DNA of 64,000 nucleotides, from the NCBI GenBank assembly GCA_000092065.1, contig CP000584.1. One strand, 5' to 3'. The notes under the pieces are model-generated. The model was not told the origin of the DNA and searched no databases. It saw only the letters and a program-made list of their open reading frames with translations. The DNA comes from Ostreococcus lucimarinus. Taxonomy: Eukaryota. A program made the translations under genes and the position numbers. Positions 1 to 9,933 of this stretch are shown here, piece by piece. Position 1 is the stretch's first letter. The number at the start of each line of letters is the position of its first letter.

Positions 1-761
1 GGAGCGTGACGCCGGTCGTGTACGTCGCGACGTACGCGTATCACGGCGTCGGCACGGCGGCGCGGGCGCGGTTGACGCTCATGCTGGGATTGGCGCTGCT
101 GTGGGGGGCGAGGCTGACGTATAACTTTGCCAGGAAGGGTGGTTACGCCGGAGAGGAGGATTACCGCTGGGGCGAGTTGCGAAAGAATAAACTGTTGCGT
201 AATCCGATCGTCTGGCAGCTGTTCAACGTGTCGTTCATCGCGGTGTATCAAAACGTGTTGTTGCTATTGATCGCCCTGCCCGCGGCGGTGGCGTATCGAT
301 CGAAAGAGGCGCTGGCGTGGCGCGGCGCCGACGGCGTCGCGCTGTGCGCGTGGACGGCGGCGTTTCTCGTCGAAGTCGCCGCGGATGAGCAGCAGTGGCG
401 GTTTCAACGCTCCAAGCGCGGGTTGGCGCGCAAGGTGAAGGGGTGGAAAGAGGATTACGAGCGAGGGTTCTTGACGCACGCGCTGTTCGCGTGGTCGCGA
501 CACCCGAATTTTTGGGCCGAGCAGACGATGTGGGTGAGCTTTAGCGGCTTCGCCGCGGCGAGCTTAAAGTCCAAGGCGTTCTTCACGCCCGCGCTCATCG
601 GACCGATTCTGTTGATACTGCTGTTCCAAGGCTCGACGTCGTTCACCGAAGCCATCACGGGGAAAAAGTACCCGGATTACAAGGCGTACCAAGACGCGAC
701 GAGTCGGTTGCTCCCGCTGCCTCGTCGCCGCGCTTTGCCGCCGCCGACGAAGAAGGATTAA
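1..761 (+). CDS. DUF1295 / steroid-5alpha-reductase-ICMT-like polytopic membrane protein, N-terminally truncated by window start
   Basis: The reading frame is open from base 1; the ORF-track M at 6 is a GTG. It has multiple hydrophobic segments and the C-terminal motif ...AWSRHPNFWAEQTMWVSF..., which matches the SRHPNYFGE signature of the DUF1295/ICMT/5alpha-reductase superfamily. Confidence 0.65.
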   Translation, partial: SVTPVVYVATYAYHGVGTAARARLTLMLGLALLWGARLTYNFARKGGYAGEEDYRWGELRKNKLLRNPIVWQLFNVSFIAVYQNVLLLLIALPAAVAYRSKEALAWRGADGVALCAWTAAFLVEVAADEQQWRFQRSKRGLARKVKGWKEDYERGFLTHALFAWSRHPNFWAEQTMWVSFSGFAAASLKSKAFFTPALIGPILLILLFQGSTSFTEAITGKKYPDYKAYQDATSRLLPLPRRRALPPPTKKD

Positions 762-833
762 AGTCCGCGACGCGGTGCGTTCGCTCGTTTTACCCGCTAA
801 AATCAATATTCTCAACTCCTACCGCCATGTTTC

Positions 834-1295
834 CTAGTGCGTTTCCGCGAGCTCTTCCTCCCGCTGTCTCGACAGGTGCAACAGCGCGTCCACCCTTCGC
901 TCGCGCGCCGCGCGCCTCGCGTCCACCTCCGCGCTCACCTCCTCGTACCGCATCCCTCGCCCCGGCTCCCCTCCCTCTTCGATGACATCGTATTGATCGT
1001 AATTCGCGTACCCTCTCGCGATCGCCTCCCCTCGCGCGTCTCCCTCGCCCCGCGTTCGCGCCTTCGCGACGTCCTCCGTCTCCCCCATCACCGCCCGTCG
1101 CTTCGCCTCGCGCAACCGTCGCCGCCCCGGATCGTTCCCACGCCTCCCGCGCACCACGCGCGCCATCTGTCGCCCGAGCGCGCACGCGACGCCCACCCCC
1201 AGCGCGAGATACGTCAGCGCGAACATCGCCCGCATCAAATTCGCGTCCCGTTCGACGCGCATCGCCGGCGGCGGCGGCGGCGGCATCGACGCCAT
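834..1295 (-). CDS. small hypothetical single-pass membrane protein (poly-Pro N-terminus, one TM, charged C-terminus)
   Basis: The first in-frame ATG lies inside a much longer antisense ORF (834..2093). The product is MASMPPPPPPAMRV...LMRAMFALTYLALGVGVACALG... and GC3 is high like neighbouring genes. I recognise no homology. Confidence 0.35.
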   Translation of the reverse strand: MASMPPPPPPAMRVERDANLMRAMFALTYLALGVGVACALGRQMARVVRGRRGNDPGRRRLREAKRRAVMGETEDVAKARTRGEGDARGEAIARGYANYDQYDVIEEGGEPGRGMRYEEVSAEVDARRAARERRVDALLHLSRQREEELAETH

Positions 1296-1414
1296 GTCGG
1301 CGTCGAGGACCGGCGCGACGACGTCGAGGATCGTCGCGCGGCGCGCCTCGGTCGCCGCGCGTCGACGAGTCGCGACCGTCGGCGCGCGCCGTCGACGCGT
1401 TCGGCCGCGGCGTT

Positions 1415-1479
1415 GGTCCGTGTTAAAGTGTCCCCGTCGTGAGACTATGGTCCGTGTTAAAGTGTCCCCGTCGTGAGAC
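1415..1479. repeat. 31-bp tandem duplication (ggtccgtgttaaagtgtccccgtcgtgagac x2, 3-nt spacer) in divergent intergenic/promoter region
   Basis: Two exact copies lie at 1415-1445 and 1449-1479 with a relatively AT-rich core (tgttaaagtgt) in an otherwise very GC-rich spacer. They sit between the minus-strand small gene start (1295) and the plus-strand RING gene. Confidence 0.9.
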
Positions 1480-1653
1480 GACCTCGCGACGGTCGCGGTC
1501 GCGGACGCGATTCGTCGTCGCCGCGACGCGACGCGCGCCGACGCGACGCCGCGCGACGCGAGCGACGCGCGCGATCGCGCGGTCGACGCGTCGGACGCGG
1601 ACGCGCGAACGACGCGCGACGCGGAAGCGGGACGAACGACGGCGGAGGATTCG

Positions 1654-3459
1654 ATGGCGCCAGGTGGCGACGAAGCGCCGACGTCGCGCGCGCGCGACGC
1701 GCGGCGCGCGCGAGGAGCGACGCGAGGGCGAGGAGGAGGCGCGCGGCGCGCGTTCGTCGCGATGGCGGTCGCGGTGGCGGTCGCGGCGGCGCGCGTGGGG
1801 GCGTCGTACGACGACGACGACGACGACGACGACAGACGAGGCGCGACGACGCTCGCCGTCGGGGGGGACGCCGAGTACGGCGAGGTCCTGCTGCGACGCG
1901 ATAAGTGGTATCGGTTCGACGTGAGCGGGACGTCGTCGGACGTCGTCGTGGAGTTGGAACGGGAGAGCGGGATACCGCTCGTGTACTTGAAGAAGGACTC
2001 GTCGTCGACGGGGGGGTGGCAAAGAATCGTGGGAGCGTACGCGGCGATCGGGAAGTCGAACGAGTGGTGGGATTTTCCGTTGAAAAGATACACGGTGGGG
2101 AATTACGGCGCGTATGGATACGTGGATGACTACAGAACGATTAAACTCGTCGGCGCGTCGGCGGGGAGGTATTATTTGCGAGTGAAAAACTTGCAGGAGA
2201 CGTCGATGACGACGGGACGGGTGACGTATTCCGACGTCGCGAGGTACAAGCTCAGGGTGCGTTCGACGAGCGATGGCGTGACTCAGGCGCCGTTGTGCGC
2301 GTGGGACTGCTCGAGCCACGGGACGTGCGTGAATAGCGGCTCGGCGACCGGCGATAACACCAAATGTGAGTGCGACGCGTCGCCGACGATAACGGGCGAC
2401 GGCTTCACGTTCGCGAGCGGAAGCGCGTGCAGAGATCGTTACGGGACGTACGAGAACTTGAGATCCAAGTCCTCGTTGACGGTGTCTCCGGGACAGTTTT
2501 TGTACTTGTCGTACGACGCGTGGAATTTAGTCAGTCGATCGCAAGATTACGGCTTAGAAATAGACGTGTACTGGGAGCGCGGCGGCGATCCGTTGCTCCT
2601 GGTCAAGGCTGGTTCGCCACCGACGCTCATCGATTACGACGCGCAGTACGGTTCGTTGCGCCTGGGTTACAATTCTGTCTACCTACCGCGGCTCGCATCG
2701 AGTCAAATGTACTACTTTGCCGTCTTCAATCGCAAGTTTGACGCCAACAGTGACTGCGTTTTCAGAATATCGCTGACGTCGGCTTCGCGGAACAGGGCGA
2801 CGAACTCGCCGAACATGGTGTCCATGGCGCTCGTGTTATTCGTGAGCATGAGCTTTTGCTTCGTCGTCGCCCTCATCAAGCGATACTTTCAGCGACGCTA
2901 CTTGACCCAGTTTCGCGAGCAACGAGTGCAGCAGCTGTCGATGGAAGAATTGCGAACGCAACGCCGCAACGACCGCGACACCAACCCCGGGACACCCGAA
3001 GACATCATCTCGCAAATCGCACTGGTGGATTATCATCCCAACTTGAAGGACGGCATCCTCGCCGACGGACAAGAGCCGACGTGCACGATTTGCTTGGATG
3101 ATTACGTCGAGGGAGACAAGCTGCGACGCTTCCCGCAGTGCAAACACATGTTCCATCAAGAGTGCGCGGACTTGTGGTTACACACGAGCCACACGTGCCC
3201 GAACTGCCGGGCGTCGCTCCTACCGGAAGAGAACGCGCCCGCGGCGGAGAGCGCGCCCGCGGCGGAGAGCGCGCCGATGCCTCCCGGCGTTCCGGGTGGT
3301 GTATACGAGCTTGCACCTCTGCCTTACGCGCTTCGCGGGCAAGCGGCGCCAGTCGTAGTCGTTCACATGCCTCCGCCGCCGACGCCCGTCCGCGGCGCGG
3401 GTGGCATAGCGCCCGCAAATTCGCGTCCGTTCGACTCGAGTGAACTCCCGACCATTTAA
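1654..3459 (+). CDS. transmembrane RING-H2 E3 ubiquitin ligase with EGF-like Cys-rich ectodomain
   Basis: A signal-peptide-like MAVAVAVAAARVGA is followed by an acidic D8 run and an EGF-like CAWDCSSHGTCVNSG...CECD. A TM helix (VSMALVLFVSMSFCFVVALI) precedes the canonical RING-H2 CTICLDDYVEGDKLRRFPQCKHMFHQECADLWLHTSHTCPNCR. The real start may be the internal Met near 1762. Confidence 0.8.
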   Translation: MAPGGDEAPTSRARDARRARGATRGRGGGARRAFVAMAVAVAVAAARVGASYDDDDDDDDRRGATTLAVGGDAEYGEVLLRRDKWYRFDVSGTSSDVVVELERESGIPLVYLKKDSSSTGGWQRIVGAYAAIGKSNEWWDFPLKRYTVGNYGAYGYVDDYRTIKLVGASAGRYYLRVKNLQETSMTTGRVTYSDVARYKLRVRSTSDGVTQAPLCAWDCSSHGTCVNSGSATGDNTKCECDASPTITGDGFTFASGSACRDRYGTYENLRSKSSLTVSPGQFLYLSYDAWNLVSRSQDYGLEIDVYWERGGDPLLLVKAGSPPTLIDYDAQYGSLRLGYNSVYLPRLASSQMYYFAVFNRKFDANSDCVFRISLTSASRNRATNSPNMVSMALVLFVSMSFCFVVALIKRYFQRRYLTQFREQRVQQLSMEELRTQRRNDRDTNPGTPEDIISQIALVDYHPNLKDGILADGQEPTCTICLDDYVEGDKLRRFPQCKHMFHQECADLWLHTSHTCPNCRASLLPEENAPAAESAPAAESAPMPPGVPGGVYELAPLPYALRGQAAPVVVVHMPPPPTPVRGAGGIAPANSRPFDSSELPTI

Positions 3460-3532
3460 GCCCGAGTCGAGCGAACTTTTTACTGTGTCATCATTATTGC
3501 ATATTGTTATCATTACACGTAGCGCATCTTCA

Positions 3533-4540
3533 CTATATTGTCGTATCTTCACTTTTGCGTCGCTGGCCAGTGAGCATCGCACGCGCGCGCCGACCAAGCT
3601 CAACCAAGCTCAATCTGCGACTGACGGCGCCGGTGCCGCGAGCCGGCGAGCCGGCGAGAACCCATGGGTGTCTCGACACCTCGCGTAACGTGATTCGCTT
3701 CTTCGGGTCGGGGTGTAGCATACGAAGAATCAGATCTTTGACCTCGTTCGATATCGATCGAGACATCGGCGCGATGTTTCCCTTCACGATGTTTTCGAGC
3801 GTCAACTTCACGGAGTTTGGGCGGTCTGGATTTTGAAATGGATATGTGCCAGTCAACATGATGTAACAAAAGACCCCGCACGACCAAACATCGCAAGCCT
3901 TCGCGTCGTACTTTGTTCGTCTCACGTTCCCGTCGCCGTCGTGCTTGTCCAGCATCTCGGGCGCCATGTAATCCGGCGTGCCGACCGCGCGCGTCGCGAC
4001 GCTATCCAGGCCCTTGGCCAATCCGAAATCGATGAGTTTCAAATCTCCGTGCGGCTCGCACACGATCGCGTTCTCGGGTTTGACGTCTCGATGACACAAT
4101 CCGTGATCGTGTATCATCCGGATCGCCTCCACGAGCTGCGAGAACAACCGTCTCGCCGTGACTTCGTCCAATCGTCCGCCCCGCGCGTTTATGAAATCCA
4201 AAACGTCGACCCCCCGCGCGAGTTCAAACACCAACACCAACAAATCTTCCCCATCGTTCACAACATTCATCAATCGCACGACTCGACTCGTCGACGCCAT
4301 CAATTTCGTCGCGTACTTGATCTCCCTCTTCACCGCCGCCAGCGGCACCTTCACCCTCGCCCCGTCGCCGACGTCCAAGCACTTCAGCGCGACTTTTTCC
4401 CCCGTCTCCCGATCCACGCCCTCGTACACCAACGCCGTGCCACCGCGATTGATCAGCTTCGTCACCTCGTACCGCGCGTTTTTCCCCACCGTCGTCCCGC
4501 GCGCGAGTTCGTTCGCCGCCGCGCGCGTCGACCGCATCAT
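3533..4540 (-). CDS. serine/threonine protein kinase (CAMK/SnRK-like)
   Basis: All kinase subdomains are present: ATP-binding G-loop-like LINRGGTALVYEG, VALK, HRDVKPEN, DFG, GTPDYMAPE and DVWSCGV. Confidence 0.9.
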   Translation of the reverse strand: MMRSTRAAANELARGTTVGKNARYEVTKLINRGGTALVYEGVDRETGEKVALKCLDVGDGARVKVPLAAVKREIKYATKLMASTSRVVRLMNVVNDGEDLLVLVFELARGVDVLDFINARGGRLDEVTARRLFSQLVEAIRMIHDHGLCHRDVKPENAIVCEPHGDLKLIDFGLAKGLDSVATRAVGTPDYMAPEMLDKHDGDGNVRRTKYDAKACDVWSCGVFCYIMLTGTYPFQNPDRPNSVKLTLENIVKGNIAPMSRSISNEVKDLILRMLHPDPKKRITLREVSRHPWVLAGSPARGTGAVSRRLSLVELGRRARAMLTGQRRKSEDTTI

Positions 4541-4551
4541 CGCGACGTCGA

Positions 4552-5667
4552 TTGGTCTTCTCGGCGATGGCGCCGGGTCGCGATCCGCGTTCGTTCGACG
4601 ACGGCGCGTTCGCGACGACGCGATGCGGTTCGCGACGGACGACGACGCGACGCTCGTTTCGGACGCGCGTCGCGACGAAGGCGCTCGATCGACGCGTCGA
4701 CGAAAGCGACGCGTCGACGAATCGAATCGTTCGCTCGAACGCGTCGACGTGTGGCGATCGAACCGACGCGCGTCGACCGGCGATCGCGACGCGCGGCGAC
4801 GCGATGCGGGACGCGGTGTACTACCCGGACGACGACGACGACGCGCGCGAGGACGCGCGCGAGGACGGCGCGACGACGACGACGCGCGCGGGCGCGACGA
4901 CGACGACGACGACGACGACGATCGCGACGGGCGATGCGAGCGAAGGCGATGGGAAAGCGCGCGCGACGATCGCGACGGGCGCGCGCGAGGGAGGGGGGAG
5001 TTACACCACGCCGGGAGTGGTTCCGCCGGTGATGCCGACGCGGTTGGTGAGCGCGAGGACGTACGAGAGCGAACCGGCGAGAGGGACGCCGGTGAGCGCG
5101 ATTGAGACGCGACCGCGACCGCAGACGATCGCGCGCGCGCAGGGCGGCGTGTTCGCGTTCGTGTCGCCGATGTTCGCGGACATGGATGATCCTCAAGTGC
5201 GCGCGGTGATGGAACGGGAGTTCGCGCGCGAGTTGGGGTTGCCCGAGGGCGAACTGCCGGTGGATTTGGAGCACTTCATGCTGGCGCGACAGTTGAGTCG
5301 CGTGGTGCGTTTGTTCGCGTTGATCGATATGGTGTTGTGCGTGTTGTACGCGCTGAGCGGGGTGAGCGTGATCGCGGTGTTACTCATAGGCCCGCTCGCT
5401 GGGTTCGTGGGGGCGCGCATGTACAGTCCAGGGCTCACCGCTTGTTACGTGGCGTTTTGCGTGGCGTCCATCGTTTGGCGAATTTTGAATTTCGTCTTTA
5501 TGAAAAATGTCACCGCGCGCGTGCTGTCGGTGATCACCATCATCTTAGCGACGTACATCACGCGATTGGTGATTCGGTTTTATCACGTCGTGCGCGTGAT
5601 ACCGCTCGAGGGACAAATTTTGCTTCGGCAACTCGACTTCGCGAACTCGGCGGCGCCCGTGGTCTAA
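4552..5667 (+). CDS. hypothetical multi-pass membrane protein (acidic/T-rich low-complexity N-region)
   Basis: The ORF opens with a TTG; the first ATG is at 4567, only 27 bp from the kinase start on the other strand. The C-terminal ~170 aa contain 3-4 predicted TM helices (VVRLFALIDMVLCVLYALSGVSVIAVLLIGPLAGF...). The true start is uncertain and could be an internal Met. Confidence 0.45.
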   Translation: MVFSAMAPGRDPRSFDDGAFATTRCGSRRTTTRRSFRTRVATKALDRRVDESDASTNRIVRSNASTCGDRTDARRPAIATRGDAMRDAVYYPDDDDDAREDAREDGATTTTRAGATTTTTTTTIATGDASEGDGKARATIATGAREGGGSYTTPGVVPPVMPTRLVSARTYESEPARGTPVSAIETRPRPQTIARAQGGVFAFVSPMFADMDDPQVRAVMEREFARELGLPEGELPVDLEHFMLARQLSRVVRLFALIDMVLCVLYALSGVSVIAVLLIGPLAGFVGARMYSPGLTACYVAFCVASIVWRILNFVFMKNVTARVLSVITIILATYITRLVIRFYHVVRVIPLEGQILLRQLDFANSAAPVV

Positions 5668-5729
5668 ATGTAATTTTCAACGTACAATAGTCGATAGTTA
5701 CAGCTGCTGCTACCTAAACGCCGACCGAC

Positions 5730-6722
5730 CTAACCGCGCGGTTTTTGGTGTCGTCGCCGTCCGAGCGATTTCCAGAACGCCTTGACCTCTTTCCGCGCGT
5801 TCGGACGTCCTCGGCCTCCGCAAAACGACTCGGCGTCTTTGCCTGGCGGAACAAAGCACGCGCACGAGCCGTGTTTTTTCACCTTCTTCACGCGCTTCAA
5901 CACGAACCAGCGACGGACGCGTCGTTTCGACGACGAGCCTTCGCTCGTTATGAGCTTTCGATATCCCTCTCTGTCCTCGACCCAACCGTGCGCGCAAAAC
6001 GTATCCATCCACCACCGCCTCGTTTGATACGTTTCGTCTTCGTCTCCCACCGGGCTCCCACCGTCGAGCGTCTTCGCCAGCGCGAACACCATCATCGCCC
6101 CTTTCTTCGCCACGCGCGTGGCTTCGTTTATCACCGGATCGACGTTTTCTTTCGTCGCCTTCATCTCCATCTTCCCGAACGTCTCGAACGCGACGACGTA
6201 ATCGAAAAACGCTCGTCGATACGGCAAGCGCCGCAACGACGCCGCCGTCGCCACGCCTTTCGCCGCCAAATCTCCCCCCCGATCGCGCGTGCGCGCGATT
6301 CTCGGATCGACGCCCACTATCTTAAACCCTCGTTCTCGCATCTCTCGCAAAAACGTGCCCGTGCCGCACGCCAGCTCCAATCCGCGCGCGTCTCGCCGCC
6401 GTCCCGCCGCCGCGCGCACGAACGCCCCCATCCCTTCGCACGCCCCGCACGTCGCCCGCATCTCCGCCTCGCCGATCGTCACCGCGCGCGTCTCGTCATC
6501 ATCATCCTCCGCTCGCCCTCGCGCGAACCACGACGCGAGCGCGGACGGCGGCGCCGGCGGCGCGCGCACGCGCGCGCCGTCCGGTCGAACGAACGTCGTC
6601 GCGTTCGCATCTTTCGACGCCGCGCGGTGCGCCCACGTCAGCGTCGCGCACGCGACGGCGACGAGGACGAAGAGCGTCGGTCGGCATCGCCTCGGGCGCG
6701 CGACGACGCGCGAGAGCGCCAT
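5730..6722 (-). CDS. secretory-pathway SAM-dependent methyltransferase (Methyltransf_11/25-like) with N-terminal signal/anchor
   Basis: A signal-anchor-like MALSRVVARPRRCRPTLFVLVAVACATLTWA is followed by SAM-binding motif I LELACGTGTFLREM...KIVGVD and an acidic motif II DYVVAFETF. The real start is an internal Met of the longer ORF 5730..7193. Confidence 0.7.
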   Translation of the reverse strand: MALSRVVARPRRCRPTLFVLVAVACATLTWAHRAASKDANATTFVRPDGARVRAPPAPPSALASWFARGRAEDDDDETRAVTIGEAEMRATCGACEGMGAFVRAAAGRRRDARGLELACGTGTFLREMRERGFKIVGVDPRIARTRDRGGDLAAKGVATAASLRRLPYRRAFFDYVVAFETFGKMEMKATKENVDPVINEATRVAKKGAMMVFALAKTLDGGSPVGDEDETYQTRRWWMDTFCAHGWVEDREGYRKLITSEGSSSKRRVRRWFVLKRVKKVKKHGSCACFVPPGKDAESFCGGRGRPNARKEVKAFWKSLGRRRHQKPRG

Positions 6723-6797
6723 CGCGGCGCGGCGCGGCGCGGCGCGAAGTGCCGTTCGGGCGCGGCGCCATTCGTCCGCGCGCGACGACGCGCCGTC

Positions 6798-7580
6798 ATG
6801 GCGGTCGCGGCGCGACCGTCGCGATGGGACTTTCGCGCGCGAGTCTTCTTCGCGCTGTGCGCCGTGACGTGCGCGAGCGGGTGCGCGTGCGCGTGCGCGG
6901 CGCTCGCGCCGGGCGTCGTCAGACGACGCGCGGACGCGCTCTTCAGACTGTCGATTTACGCGTCGACGAGCGCGTTCGCGTACAGGATCGCGTACGGCGC
7001 GGCGACGAGCGTGAAGGCGAGAGATTTTAAGGCGCTCGGCGCGCATCTGTCGCGAAGCGCGCGCTCGAACGGGGGGCAATACATGATTTACGGGTCGATG
7101 GCGTTGGCGAGCGCGCGACGCGGCGGCGCCAACGCGCCGCAGTTGGCGCCTTTGATCGTGCTGAGCGCGTATCAGGTGCTGGCGATCGGGCATAAAGTGT
7201 GGGAGGACGCGGATAGTAAAACGATGTGGTGCAAGCTCGGGTTCGGACGCGTGTTCGACGCGGCGCAGCGAAATATGGAGCTGGCGCTCGCGATTTGCGC
7301 GACGATGGAGGTGTCGCTGATGACGACGATTCTTCTGGATTTAGCGAGTCCTCAGCGACGTAGTTTTAGCCGAGTGATCGCGTACGCGTTTTGGCTTCGA
7401 TCGAGGTATCACTGTCACGATAACACGGTGTTTCGCATCAAGTTTACCGCGCACGATACGGCGCACTACCACAGAGAGGTTTGGAAAATGTTGGACGAGA
7501 AGGTGGCGTCCAAGGTGCCGGCGCTTCGAAAAGCCCTGTCGCCGTTCGCGACGTGGTTCGCCACGCCGTCGGCGTCGTAA
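6798..7580 (+). CDS. hypothetical membrane protein
   Basis: It starts at an ATG 75 bp from the divergent methyltransferase start. The product is hydrophobic with several TM segments (VFFALCAVTCASGCACACAAL; LAPLIVLSAYQVLAIG; LALAICATMEVSLMTTILL). It is the C-terminal part of a long ORF (5745..7580) whose upstream part is antisense to the methyltransferase. Confidence 0.5.
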   Translation: MAVAARPSRWDFRARVFFALCAVTCASGCACACAALAPGVVRRRADALFRLSIYASTSAFAYRIAYGAATSVKARDFKALGAHLSRSARSNGGQYMIYGSMALASARRGGANAPQLAPLIVLSAYQVLAIGHKVWEDADSKTMWCKLGFGRVFDAAQRNMELALAICATMEVSLMTTILLDLASPQRRSFSRVIAYAFWLRSRYHCHDNTVFRIKFTAHDTAHYHREVWKMLDEKVASKVPALRKALSPFATWFATPSAS

Positions 7581-7634
7581 TGTTGTAACGAGCGTGTTGA
7601 ATATTAATCATCATCTAAAAGTTCGTCCGATCTA

Positions 7635-8979
7635 TCAATATTTTGGTGGCACTTTGCACGCGTCGATTTCTCTCGCCGCGGCGTCAAAGCCCGGGAACAT
7701 CATAAAGTTTGGCGAAATCCCTGTCTGATCGATGTCGACGAGACCTGGGGTGACGTACTTACCCACGGTGAGTACCATCCCACTCAAATCACTGAGTTCG
7801 TACACGCTCTGAATCAAACCCTTGCCGTACGTCTTACTCCCGACCACAGTCGCTCGACAGTTGTCCTTCAAAGCGCCGGTTAAAATTTCGCTCGCAGAAG
7901 CGCTTCTGCCGTTGACAAGAACAACCAGCGGAACGTCAGCGGCGACGACAGGGTCATTTTTCGACGTCGTGATCGCCTTCAGCTTAGTCGGTAGTTGAGA
8001 ATCAGATCCGTTTCTCGCGGTTTTTGTCGCCGAGACGTCGGTATCGCGTTTGACGCCTCCGGCGACGACTCGACCTTCGGTGTACGCGATGGTCGAATCC
8101 GCAGGTAAAAATAATCGAGCAATCTCCACACCAGCTTGCACTAATCCCCCAGGATTGTCGCGTAAGTCTAGAATATACGCGTCTGCTCCTTGCGTCCTTA
8201 AATCCGTGATCGCTCTCGCGATATCGCGCTCGGCGAGCGAGTTGAACTCGCGAAGCCGAATGTAACCGACGTGTCCGCCCTCCAGACGCATGCTCACTGG
8301 ACTTTTCGGCGCTTCGAATTGACTGTCTCGCGTCAGAGAAACGACGCGCGGGACGTCTTCGCCTGTGCGCGAGATTGTTAGATCCACGCTCTTCCCGTCA
8401 GCCTCTTGAATGAGCGAAGACACCTGAAACGCGCTCAAGCCGCGCACGAGTTCGCCGTTGACGGCGACGATTTCATCATCCTGCGCCACTCCAGCCTTCA
8501 TCGCGCTCGAGTCGAGCACCATTCCCAGCACGCGCACGCGTTCAGGGTCGTCCGCATCTTCCGCGATGTTCAAACCGACGCCGGTGATGTCGTATTTCAA
8601 CATCGAAGTGAACCGATCCGGCTCGATGAAGCGCGTAAACTTATCCCCGAGCGTCCCCAGCATCGACTTAATCATCTCGTACGCCTCCTCGCGACTTTGA
8701 GGCGGATTCGCCTCGTGTTCGGCCTTGATCGCCTCCCACGCCGCGCGATCGAATCCGTCCGACTCAGATTTTCTCGCCGGTAAAAAGTTGTCGAAAACCA
8801 ACCCCCACGCTTCGTCCAAGATGGTCGCGTCCGTCGCGCCCTCCGATTCCGCCTCCGCCTCCGCCGCTTCGGCCGCGATCTCGCTCACCAGTTCCACCGC
8901 CGACGACACAGATTTCGTCCGCGCGTCCCCTCGACCGCGCGCGACGTCATCCGCGAACGCCGCGGGCGTCCCGAACGTC

Positions 8980-9029
<50 letters not shown>

Positions 9030-9383
9030 GCGCGCGCGCGCCGTCGGCCCCATCACCGCTCGCGCGATCGCCTCCGCCCACGATGACGTCGTCGTCATCG
9101 ACGCCGACGCGTCGCCGCGCGCGCGCGCGCCGTCGCCGCTCCTCGCGCGCGCGGCGCCGCTCGTTCGCCGTGACCCATCGCCCGCGCGTCCCGACGACGA
9201 CGTCGCGCACCGCGCGCGCGCGTGCGCACCGCGCGTCGTCGCGCGCGACGCGCCCGCGTTCGCGCCACCGCGCGGCCACGCCTCGGGGCGCGCGCTCGAC
9301 GCGCGCGCGACGTGGAACCGCATCGCGCGCGTCGCGCGGTGACGCGATTTCGCGACGCGACGCCGCGCTCGTCGTCGCGCCAT
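7635..9383 (-). CDS. ctpA: C-terminal processing peptidase (S41; photosystem II D1 CtpA-like) with bipartite transit + thylakoid-lumen signal
   Basis: There is a PDZ domain (GLNIAEDADDPERVRVLGMVL...VNGELVRG) and S41 catalytic-region motifs (ILDLRDNPGG...; VLVNGRSASASEILTGALKDN with Ser; TYGKGLIQSV with Lys). The N-terminus has an Ala-rich hydrophobic core ending in AFA before DDV, a typical lumenal cleavage site. The start is taken as the first ATG at 9383; the ORF extends to a GTG at 9494. Confidence 0.9.
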
Positions 9384-9933
9384 GCTCGCCGCGCGCGATG
9401 CGCTCTCGCCGCGCGCGTGCGCGCGCGCGTTCGCCCTGCTCGTCCTGCTCGGCGCCCCGCTGTTTGCGACGCGCGGGGACGCGACGGCGTTCACCGTCGT
9501 CGACGGCGTCGCGAGTTGGCTGAGCGCGCAGAACGGCGGAAGAAAACTCGCGGGATGGCGCGCGGTGGTCGTCGAGGCGTGCTATTACCCCGACAGCGCG
9601 ATCGCGCGCCTTAGCGGTCGATCGGTCGAGGCGACGGCGACGCGGATCACGCGAAAGGCGGCGCAGATGCGCGAGGCGCTCGGCGAGGCGGGGGCGCGCG
9701 AGTGCGCGCTGGGGTGCGCGCTCGCGCTGCTGGGGAGCGTCAAGTATTGCGTGAACGGCGATATCGGACCGTACGGCGTGCTGGCGGCGCTCGAACTCGG
9801 GTATTCCGTGTTCGCGAAGGGACTTCCCGCGATGCGGGCGAACGTGGTGGGGACGACGTGCGTCGTCGTCTTCGGCGCGTTGTCGTCGCCGAGCGCGCGC
9901 CGACGCGCGCGGGCGAGGGCGAAGCGAGATTAA
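9382..9933 (+). CDS. possible small secreted/membrane protein (hypothetical)
   Basis: The 183-aa ORF has a signal-like N-terminus (AFALLVLLGAPLFA), a later hydrophobic segment and very high GC3 like real genes. Its ATG shares a CATG palindrome with the CtpA first ATG, so both models cannot be fully correct. Confidence 0.3.
   Translation: MLAARDALSPRACARAFALLVLLGAPLFATRGDATAFTVVDGVASWLSAQNGGRKLAGWRAVVVEACYYPDSAIARLSGRSVEATATRITRKAAQMREALGEAGARECALGCALALLGSVKYCVNGDIGPYGVLAALELGYSVFAKGLPAMRANVVGTTCVVVFGALSSPSARRRARARAKRD

Noticed and set aside
834-2319. Very long minus-strand ORFs (834..2093, 1423..2319) overlapping the RING E3 gene
   Set aside because: They are antisense to a gene with clear RING-H2, TM and EGF motifs. 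Their translations are Arg/Ser/Pro low complexity, as expected from stop-poor GC-rich antisense frames. Only the final 153 codons (834..1295) were kept as a low-confidence small gene.
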